Source: Alphaproteobacteria bacterium (lineage in GTDB: Bacteria; Pseudomonadota; Alphaproteobacteria; Bin95). From it: a stretch of DNA of 64,000 nt. Made by a program: the position numbers and the translations under genes. Under the pieces are notes generated by a model that did not search any database, was not told the DNA's origin, and saw only the letters and a program-made list of their open reading frames with translations. The DNA lies in assembly GCA_022825195.1 (NCBI GenBank), contig JAJDYL010000180.1, forward strand, positions 9,604 through 73,603. The letters run 5' to 3'. Positions 50,112 to 57,791 of the stretch are shown in pieces. Every line of letters starts with the position of its first letter. Positions within the stretch are counted from its first letter, which is position 1.

Positions 50112-50567
50112 ATGACTATCGAAGAACTCTTGGCCTGCGTGAAGCCGTTGGCCGTCGAGTATTATCGTTTGACGGGGAAGCCGCTCGGCGTCACTGGAGA
50201 GGTAGGCGAATTTGAAGTAGCCCGTCTGCTGGGCTTAAAGCTTGAGGAGGCTAGAAGCCCCGGCCACGACGCAATGGATCAACACGGCCGCAGTTACCAG
50301 ATCAAGACGCGTTCATTGAGCGAAGCCGCACTCAAGAAGACACAGAACACCGGGAAACTGAACGACAAGGAATGGGATGCTGCTCTTCTGTGCATAATGA
50401 ACCTTGAGCTTGAAATACTGGAGATTTGGGAAGCGGATCGAGTCGCTGTGGAACACGAATTGAACCAACCGGGCAGCAAAGGACGGAATGTCCGGCGGCA
50501 ACTGTCGCTATCCAAGTTCAAGGAAATCGGCCGTCAACGCTGGCCGGTTACTGCAGTTGCAAACTGA
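50112..50567 (+). CDS. PD-(D/E)xK nuclease-like protein (DUF6998-like)
   Basis: The internal ATG at 50112 of ORF 49905..50567 gives the sequence below.
- LTGKPLGVTGEVGEFEVARLLGLKLEEARSPGHDAMDQHGRSYQIKTR carries a D...QxK arrangement.
- The C-terminal segment is PGSKGRNVRRQLSLSKFKEIG.
- It resembles DUF6998 sequences as I remember them. Confidence 0.55.
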   Translation: MTIEELLACVKPLAVEYYRLTGKPLGVTGEVGEFEVARLLGLKLEEARSPGHDAMDQHGRSYQIKTRSLSEAALKKTQNTGKLNDKEWDAALLCIMNLELEILEIWEADRVAVEHELNQPGSKGRNVRRQLSLSKFKEIGRQRWPVTAVAN

Positions 50568-50594
50568 GACACTACCTCCAAAGAGAGACTGACA

Positions 50595-50840
50595 ATGACG
50601 CGCTGGCACGATCCCCAATCCATCATCCAGAGTTGGCCATCTGAGCGTCCGGGTATGGCGCAGAACGACACAAGCAGTCACTTCGTCGAATGGCCACCGG
50701 GCGAACCCGAAAAGGCGGTCCGCAAGAACATGGCCGGCGACATCCTAGACGATGAAGACGGAATCCCTCGCGCTCGTCGCATAGCCGAAGCGCGTGAGTG
50801 CAAGCCTAAGACCGCGCGCCTCTCAACAAGCCCGGGATAA
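50595..50840 (+). CDS. Hypothetical small acidic protein (81 aa)
   Basis: This ORF lies 27 bp after the nuclease-like gene and has a purine-rich pre-ATG region. I recognise no motif. Confidence 0.35.
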   Translation: MTRWHDPQSIIQSWPSERPGMAQNDTSSHFVEWPPGEPEKAVRKNMAGDILDDEDGIPRARRIAEARECKPKTARLSTSPG

Positions 50841-50985
50841 GGATGGGTTCCTAATTGGAGGCTGCGCTTATGGCCGACGAACCTACGAGGGGTCGAACGC
50901 CTGAGGAAATATTAGCTGCATCGCAGCTTCCAGTCCGCGAATTTCTTCCGGTGTCCAAGGTGGACCTCCTTGGATGTCAATCGGC

Positions 50986-51699
50986 TTAGGATTCCGATTC
51001 CTTGGCTACGAATACGCCCCTGGTGCGCAGATACCGGGCAAACTTTGGGCTCGGGACCAGCTGCCCGTCGCGGATAGGCATGGCGAGCACGGAGGCCAGG
51101 ATTTTCAGCGCATCGCGGTAGCAATTGACGGCGTCGCCGGGAAGCCCATCGTGACTCTTGGACCAGAGATGCAGGTATTGGCGCCGTGTTGTTCGAATCC
51201 GGTCGAATGATGTCTTCAGTGCGTCATCGATCAAGCCGTAAGCATGCAAAATCGAGACGCGGCGATGCTGACTGAGCTTCTCGAAGGTGCTGCCGAATAG
51301 CCGCTCTTGTTCGGTGTTGCCCATCCTGGATCCGTTGATTTCCGGTTCGGCGATTTCAAAGATCATGATCGCCACCATTTCGGAAACTAGGCCGCAAAGG
51401 GCAATGGTTCCCAGGTAGTTGCCGAGCATATATGCACCCATGGCTTGGCGAAGGGGCCAGACGAGCCTGCCCAGGATACGCTCCCCATCAGGCACCATAG
51501 TAAGCGGGTCCGGTTCGGCTCTGATTTCCCGGTACCGACCAACCAGAGCCTCAACGTCGGAGGCAAGGCCTGGTGTGCAGAGGAATTCCAGGACCGATTC
51601 CGCAGTGGTCTCGCGCGGCGCACCGCAGATGGACGCCATCATCTCTGACGGGATTGCGAGGGGGTTTACGAAGACCTTGAGAAGTTCGCCGTCATTCAT
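50986..51699 (-). CDS. Hypothetical protein with HEPN-like C-terminal half (Rx4H: RRQYLH)
   Basis: A 237-aa ORF with a good SD (AGGAGA 8-13 nt before the ATG). Helical segments are AMGAYMLGNYLGTIALCGLVSEMVAIMIFE ... FEKLSQHRRVSILHAYGLIDDALKTSFDRIRTTRRQYLHLW. These resemble the HEPN helix 1 / helix 4 layout. Confidence 0.55.
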   Translation of the reverse strand: MNDGELLKVFVNPLAIPSEMMASICGAPRETTAESVLEFLCTPGLASDVEALVGRYREIRAEPDPLTMVPDGERILGRLVWPLRQAMGAYMLGNYLGTIALCGLVSEMVAIMIFEIAEPEINGSRMGNTEQERLFGSTFEKLSQHRRVSILHAYGLIDDALKTSFDRIRTTRRQYLHLWSKSHDGLPGDAVNCYRDALKILASVLAMPIRDGQLVPSPKFARYLRTRGVFVAKESES

Positions 51700-52171
51700 G
51701 GTGAGATCTCCTGCATGAGTTCGGTCGGGAGCGGCCCGAATTCTGGTGACAGCATTTGCTTATTCTGCGGAGTCGAGACTCAAATGTTCAATCATCAAGC
51801 AGGTTACCCTGTAGTACCCCTTTGCGCCCGAAGCGGTTGTCCGGGCGGGCTTTCGACGACCCGCTGGTTGTTCGGTCCATCGCTTGCGGCTCCAGTATGA
51901 ACGCCGCCGCGATTATGTCCGCCCGATCCTCGCCGAGCACCGTACGGAGCAGTTCGACCACCGTCTCTTAGGGTGATTCACGGACCCCGTGCAAGGTCCG
52001 GTACCCGTCAACATTGCCCTTGCAAGCCCCAATAGAAGGGAACTCCGATCAGTCGGCGTGTGGGGCCGGTAGCTTGAAGCCGGACCGATCCCGGATCAAG
52101 AACTGCTTTCGACCATTCCTGTTTCAGCTTATTCGTCAACGCGGTACAGGGTTCCTCTATGATGCCTGCTG

Positions 52172-55100
52172 ATGGTCGCGCGTGTCAGCAATCTGACGTC
52201 GTCTTCGTCGACGGCGGCGTATTTCCATGAGGAGGGCGGCTATTACACGGCGGCCGGGGGCGACCGTGAGGCGGCGCGGGCGAAGGCGGAGGAGCACAGG
52301 CAGGCGAGCGGCTGGTATGGAAAGGGCGCGGCGGCGCTCGGGCTGAAGGCGGGACGGAAGGTCTCGGCCGGCACGTTCGAGACGGTCCTCCAGGGCCATG
52401 TGATCGGGACGGACATTCGGCTGGGCCGCAAGCGCGACGGCAAGCATGAGCATCGTCCGGGTTTCGACATCACCTTCTCCGCGCCGAAATCCGTGTCGCT
52501 GGCCGCACTCCTGCCGACGCGGAAACACCCCCGCGGCGACCGGGGCGTGCTGCGCTGTCACGACGAGGCGGTGAAGGCGACGCTCGACTGGATCGAGGAG
52601 ACGCTGCTGCAGACGCGGGGCTACGATCCGGCGACCGGCAGGCGTCCGCGCGTGAAGGGGCACGGCATGGCGGCGGCGCTGTTCCGGCATATCGCCAGCC
52701 GCAACCTCGACCCGCAGCTGCACACGCATGCGGTGGTCGCCAACATGACGCGCGACGGCGAGGGGCGGTGGAAGAGCATCGAGCCGACCGGGCTGCACCG
52801 GAACGCGATCCTGATCGGGGCCTATTACCGGGACCAGCTGGCGCGGCGGCTGATCGCGAAGGGCTATTCGATCCTGCCGGCGATGGTCGGGCGGATGCAG
52901 AGCTTCGAGATCGCGGGCTACGACCGGCGGGTGAGGGATGCGTTCTCGTCCCGCAGGAAGCAGATCGAAGCCTTCATGGACGAGAGGGGCTGGGACTACA
53001 GCCAGGCGGCGGCGCAGGTCGCGGCGCTGGCGACCCGGAAGCGCAAGGCGGAGCCGCTGCACGCGATGCTGCGGACGATCTGGGCCGAGCGGGCGCGGGA
53101 GCTGGGCGAGGTTCCGGTCGTCCATCGCTCGTGGCGGGGCGTCCCGCTGCCGGCCGCGCCTTCCGCCCTGGAGATCGTCGGGCGCGCCATGGAGCATCTG
53201 GAGGAGCGGCAGTCGGTGTTCGCCGCCCACCATCTGGAGGCCGTCGCGCTCGGCCACTCGCCGGGGCGGCATACGCTGGAGGACATACGCGGCGCGATCG
53301 CATGGATGGTGCGGGACAGGCATCTGGTGGAGGCCGGCCTCCGGCGCGCGGACCGGGCGTTCGTGACCGACCGGGCGCTGAAGTCGGAACGCAAGGTCAT
53401 CGCCATGATGAAGGCCGGCATCGGAAACGGCATGCCGCTCGCCCGGGAGCATGAGGTCGCGGCCCATCTCGCGGACGCCGGGCTGACCGAGGGACAGGAG
53501 GAGGCGGTCCGCACGGTCCTGCTGACGCCGGACCGGATCGTGGGCGTGCAGGGCCGGGCCGGGACCGGCAAGACGGCGATGCTGCGCCATGTGCGGGAAC
53601 TCGCCGGCAAGCGGCTTGTCGTCGGCCTCGCGCCCTCCGCGGCGGCGGCGCGGGTGCTGGAGCAGGAGACGGACATGCCCGCCCGGACGCTGCACTGGTT
53701 CCTTGCCCGCTGCCGTGCTGTTGATCCCGGATCGGGTCCCCCGGATCAAGTCCGGGGCAGGCTGGGACAGGCTCCCGGATCGGAGTCCGGGGCAGGCGGC
53801 GGCCCGGTGATCGACCGGCTGAGGGAGCGCTTCCGGGGCGCGGTGCTGGTGCTGGACGAGGCGTCGATGGTCTCGACCGACCGGATGAGGAGCCTGATGC
53901 GGGTTGCGGAAGAACTCGAAGTGGCGCGCCTCGTGCTGGTGGGCGACCGGAGGCAGCTGCGGGCGGTGGAGGCGGGCCAGCCCTTCCGGCTGCTCCAGAA
54001 GGCGGGCATGACGACGGCGGAGATGAACGAGATCCTGCGCCAGCGGGAGCCGAGGCTCAGGGCGGCCGTGAACGCGGCGCAGGAGGGAGAGCCGGGCGAG
54101 GCGGTGGAACTGCTCGGCAGCAGCGTGCATGAGGTTCCCTGGGACGAGCTCGGGCAGAGGGCGGCGGAGACCTGGCTCGCGCTCGACCCCGACACGCGGG
54201 CACGGACGCTGCTCGTGGCGCCGACGCATGAGTTGCGGGCGGAGATCAACGCGGCCGTGCGCGAGGCGCTGGCGGCAGAGGGCGTGCTCAGGGGACGGGC
54301 GCTCCGCATCGAGCGCCTTGTCAGCCTCGGCATGACGCGCGCCGAAAAGGCCGATGTGCGCAACTACCGCGAAGGCGACACGGTGGTGCCCAACCAGGAC
54401 CTGGTGAACTTCCGGGTGAAGCGGGACGACGCGCTGATCGTCACCGGCACCGACGAGGATCGTGTGGTGTTGCTGCATCCCGACGGCAAGCCCCGCCATG
54501 TCGCGCCGCAGCAGAAACACTACCGCTACCGGCTGGAAGTCTACGAGACGCAGCCGATCGAGATCCGTGCGGGCGACCGCATCCGCTGGACCCGCAACGA
54601 CAGGAAGCGGGAGCTGGTCAATGGCGAGCAGTCCGAAGTCGTGGCGATCGGGCGCGAGCGGGTGAGATTCCGCCGCGCGGACGGCCGCACCTTCTCGCTC
54701 GCCCAGGATGATCCCCAGGTTCGTCATATCGACCATGCCTGGAGCTCGACCGTGCATGGCGCGCAGGGCAGCACGGCGGACGGGGTGATCGCCGTGCTCG
54801 ACTCGGGCCACGGGGCGCTGACCGACCAGTCGACCTTCTATGTCGAGATCAGCCGGGCGCGGGACAGCGCCGTGGTGCTGACGGACAATTGCGAACAGCT
54901 GGTCGAGGTTCTGGAGGCGCATACCGGCGAGCGCGCGACGGCTCTGGAGGCGGTGGGCGAAGAGATCGGCCCGGACCTCAGCGCCGTCCGTATTCCCGAC
55001 AAGCTGCCGGCCTGGTCGCCGCGCCGGGAATGGACCGAGCTTGAGGAGAAGGCCCGCAATGATGGGACGATCCTCTTCCGCGTGGAGGGTTACCAGGAGT

Positions 55101-57676
55101 TGATCGGCAGTGCGCGGCGGCTGGACGGGCGGTTCCCGGACCTTCCCGCGCCGATCCGGGAGGTCGTCGACGGGCTGCTTGCCTATGACCGCGGCTGCCG
55201 CGAGGGCGACGGCGGTGCGGTCGAGTTCATGGGCCTGCTGGAGGTCCATTTCGGACGGAGGACGGAGCTGGAGCGTGCGGCGGCGGAGAACGACTGCCCG
55301 CTTGCCGAACTGGAAGACTACCCGGCCTGGCGGGAGATGTCAGAACGCCTCTCAGAGAACGGCAGGGCCCTGCTCGAAGACCTGGGCGAGTGCGCCGGCG
55401 AGGCGGGGCGGCGGATTGCCGGACGGCTGGAAGACCTCGACGCCCTGCTCGTCCTCGACGATGCGGTGCTGAAGTTCGAGACCGTCCGTGCGGAGGTGAA
55501 CCGCCGGGCGGCAGAGGCAGGGACGATCCCGTTCTACGCCGACGGCCATGAAGAGCTGTTGGAGGTCGCCCATGCGCTTTCGGAATACCGCCTGCTGCCG
55601 GCCGGCATACGGGCGGCGGTCGAGGAGGTCGTCGCCGGGGCCGCAGCCTGCGAGCGGCGAAGGGAAGAGATCGCGGCCTTCCGCAAGGAGACGTCCGGGC
55701 TGGTCGAGGAGCATGACGGATTGGAGGCGCTGGCCGGCGACAAGCCGCCGACCGTGCTGGAAGGCTGGCGGTCCTGGGCGGAGCGCTCGGAAACAGCGGC
55801 CGGGCGCTGGCAGGCCATGCTCGACGCGGCCGGCGTCTGGCGCCCCCATCTCGACCGGCTCCCGGACAATCATGCCGCCATAGCGGCCGCCGTCGGACAA
55901 CTGACGGCATGCAGGGACCGCGACGAAGCCTGGACGTCTTTGGTGGCGGAACGGGAGAAGGTCGTGGACCGGGCCAGGGCCGAGCGCGTTCCGCCGTTCC
56001 ATCTGGAGTGCTGGGCCGCCTTCGCCGCGCAGGCGAAGGCGTTCTCCGAAGTGAAGGACCTGCCGGAGGCCGCGGCCACGCTGGCGGGGCGCATCCTGGA
56101 ATACGACCGCGGCTGCCGCGAGGCGCAGGCCGCGATCGCCGGTTTCCTCGAAGGCGCGCGGGAGCACGAACGGCGCTGGAACAGTCTCGAACGCCAATGC
56201 AGGCGGCGCGTCCGACAGAGCCCGGATGTCTCGATCACCGACGACAGCAACTACAGGCCGCTCTCGCAGTTCGCGAAGGCGCTGAAGGAAACCGCAGACC
56301 CCTACCTCGACGAGAAAAACCTGCGCCGCCATGGTGTCGATTTCGACGGCGTCCGGGACGGCGGAACCTGCATTGCCGCCCAGTTGGAGCGGCTCCGCCG
56401 GCACGAGCCGCTGGACGGGTTCCTGGATGTCATGGACAGGCTGGACAAGGTTCGCGGCAAAGCGGAGGCGGGCAATGTCCTGGCCTTCCACCATGACGAC
56501 TGGCCCGGGATTGTCGAGGACGCCGCGAAATTGCAGGAGGACCTGGAACTCGATGAGGCGGAGCGGCGCCGGCTGCAGGCGCTGCTCGACGAGCATGCGG
56601 ACCGCGCGGCGGAATGGGAGATCGCCCGGATGCTCCTCGACGCCCTGGACGAACTGGAGGAAGAGGAACGGGACCTCGCCGAGCACGCCGAGAGTGAGGG
56701 ACTCCCGCTCACGCTGCTGCCCGACTGGCGGAACTGGCATGACGCCAGCCGGCAATTCGCGAAGGAGGCCGAGGCGGTGCTCAAGGATGACGACCTCCGG
56801 CGGAACGGGCACTGGCGCAGCCGTCCCGAGAAGCAGGCCCTTCTCGAGAAATTTGTCGCGACGGCGCCCGACCGCGACCACCTTGTCGTGAGGGAGGAGG
56901 CGCTTGTCGAGGACATGGTCCGCGCGGAACGGGCGCGGCTTCGCGATCCGGAGGCCGGACATGCGTTCCGGCAGCGCTGGCCTGGCAAGGAACCGCTTGT
57001 CGAGGGCGACCGCCTGCGCGTCGCCTATCATCCCCGTCTGGGGCGCGGCGAGCTCGTCGTGGTCGCGGCGGGGCTGGCCGGCGGGCTGGCGTCGAAGGAC
57101 AAACTGGAACTGGAATGGATCTCTCCGGAGCAAAAACGCGACGACCCGTATGTGGACATTCGCGCCGAAAAACTCGCGGAAGGCCCGGTCAGGCGCGCCG
57201 ACTGGACCCATGAGGAGTTGCGCAATGCGGCCCTGATGCGGGAGCGGCCCGTCTCGTCGCAACGCTTCTCCCGCCTGTGCAACGGCGATGTCGTCGTCGG
57301 CGACCTGCTGCGCTGGACCGAATACGTTCAACCTGATCCCGCAGTCGCCGCCCGTCTTGCCCGGACCGGGGGCAAGGCCGTCGTGCATGTCGAGGCCGAG
57401 CTTCTCGAACGGCGCGCCGCGCTGTTGCCGGACGCGGACACCTGCGTGCTGCGCGAGACGGCGCGCTCCGACGGCCGGCCCTGCACGGAGCGCACCCTGC
57501 CGCTTGCCCGGCTGACCGTCGGCGGCTGCCTGCGCGCGACCTGGGCCAGGGAGGAGGAACGCGAGGCCAGGGCCCTTGTCCAGGGGCGGAGCCTGGGCGA
57601 AGAGCGGCAGGAATTGTGGCGGGAGGAGCTGGACATCGGGCGGTCGTGGTATTGGTCCATGAGGCGCACGCCGTGA
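52172..57676 (+). CDS. MobF-family conjugative relaxase-helicase (TrwC/TraA-like) with ~880-aa C-terminal extension
   Basis: A 1,834-aa ORF.
- Relaxase motifs: AAYFHEEGGYY (catalytic Tyr region) and HIASRNLDPQLHTHAVVAN (3-His motif).
- Helicase motifs: GRAGTGKT, VLVLDEASMV, LVGDRRQL and STVHGAQGSTAD.
- Residues from about 950 onward are helical and acidic, with no motif I recognise. Confidence 0.9.
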   Translation: MVARVSNLTSSSSTAAYFHEEGGYYTAAGGDREAARAKAEEHRQASGWYGKGAAALGLKAGRKVSAGTFETVLQGHVIGTDIRLGRKRDGKHEHRPGFDITFSAPKSVSLAALLPTRKHPRGDRGVLRCHDEAVKATLDWIEETLLQTRGYDPATGRRPRVKGHGMAAALFRHIASRNLDPQLHTHAVVANMTRDGEGRWKSIEPTGLHRNAILIGAYYRDQLARRLIAKGYSILPAMVGRMQSFEIAGYDRRVRDAFSSRRKQIEAFMDERGWDYSQAAAQVAALATRKRKAEPLHAMLRTIWAERARELGEVPVVHRSWRGVPLPAAPSALEIVGRAMEHLEERQSVFAAHHLEAVALGHSPGRHTLEDIRGAIAWMVRDRHLVEAGLRRADRAFVTDRALKSERKVIAMMKAGIGNGMPLAREHEVAAHLADAGLTEGQEEAVRTVLLTPDRIVGVQGRAGTGKTAMLRHVRELAGKRLVVGLAPSAAAARVLEQETDMPARTLHWFLARCRAVDPGSGPPDQVRGRLGQAPGSESGAGGGPVIDRLRERFRGAVLVLDEASMVSTDRMRSLMRVAEELEVARLVLVGDRRQLRAVEAGQPFRLLQKAGMTTAEMNEILRQREPRLRAAVNAAQEGEPGEAVELLGSSVHEVPWDELGQRAAETWLALDPDTRARTLLVAPTHELRAEINAAVREALAAEGVLRGRALRIERLVSLGMTRAEKADVRNYREGDTVVPNQDLVNFRVKRDDALIVTGTDEDRVVLLHPDGKPRHVAPQQKHYRYRLEVYETQPIEIRAGDRIRWTRNDRKRELVNGEQSEVVAIGRERVRFRRADGRTFSLAQDDPQVRHIDHAWSSTVHGAQGSTADGVIAVLDSGHGALTDQSTFYVEISRARDSAVVLTDNCEQLVEVLEAHTGERATALEAVGEEIGPDLSAVRIPDKLPAWSPRREWTELEEKARNDGTILFRVEGYQELIGSARRLDGRFPDLPAPIREVVDGLLAYDRGCREGDGGAVEFMGLLEVHFGRRTELERAAAENDCPLAELEDYPAWREMSERLSENGRALLEDLGECAGEAGRRIAGRLEDLDALLVLDDAVLKFETVRAEVNRRAAEAGTIPFYADGHEELLEVAHALSEYRLLPAGIRAAVEEVVAGAAACERRREEIAAFRKETSGLVEEHDGLEALAGDKPPTVLEGWRSWAERSETAAGRWQAMLDAAGVWRPHLDRLPDNHAAIAAAVGQLTACRDRDEAWTSLVAEREKVVDRARAERVPPFHLECWAAFAAQAKAFSEVKDLPEAAATLAGRILEYDRGCREAQAAIAGFLEGAREHERRWNSLERQCRRRVRQSPDVSITDDSNYRPLSQFAKALKETADPYLDEKNLRRHGVDFDGVRDGGTCIAAQLERLRRHEPLDGFLDVMDRLDKVRGKAEAGNVLAFHHDDWPGIVEDAAKLQEDLELDEAERRRLQALLDEHADRAAEWEIARMLLDALDELEEEERDLAEHAESEGLPLTLLPDWRNWHDASRQFAKEAEAVLKDDDLRRNGHWRSRPEKQALLEKFVATAPDRDHLVVREEALVEDMVRAERARLRDPEAGHAFRQRWPGKEPLVEGDRLRVAYHPRLGRGELVVVAAGLAGGLASKDKLELEWISPEQKRDDPYVDIRAEKLAEGPVRRADWTHEELRNAALMRERPVSSQRFSRLCNGDVVVGDLLRWTEYVQPDPAVAARLARTGGKAVVHVEAELLERRAALLPDADTCVLRETARSDGRPCTERTLPLARLTVGGCLRATWAREEEREARALVQGRSLGEERQELWREELDIGRSWYWSMRRTP
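53723..53797 (+). repeat. Hairpin-forming direct repeats inside the relaxase ORF (cccggatc[a/gg]agtccggggcaggc x2 plus a partial copy)
   Basis: Units lie at 53726..53739 (partial), 53740..53762 and 53774..53797. Each contains ccgga...tccgg inverted repeats. They are in frame and encode the Gly/Pro/Ser-rich linker VDPGSGPPDQVRGRLGQAPGSESGAGGG. Confidence 0.8.
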
Positions 57677-57791
57677 GGAACGCGGGGAACAGGCGCTTGC
57701 CGGTCCGCACGGCGCAGGGGCCCGGCCGGCATCGGCCCGGAAGCCCCTGCCGTATTCTGCGTCCGTCGGGGAAAGGGGTTCGGGACCTGTC

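Noticed and set aside
51788-51961. A 57-aa minus-strand ORF (GTG start; VVELLRTVLGEDRADIIAAAFILEPQAMDRTT...) upstream of the HEPN-like gene, considered as a possible partner or antitoxin.
   Set aside because: It falls below the track cutoff, is preceded directly by an in-frame TAA, and has no SD and no recognisable fold. It could equally be the tail of a destroyed gene.
53723-53797. The repeat cluster inside the relaxase gene, considered as a CRISPR-like or minisatellite array.
   Set aside because: It has only two and a half units with an 11-nt spacer, and it is in frame inside a clearly coding region. It is not a CRISPR array. No CRISPR repeats were seen anywhere in the window.
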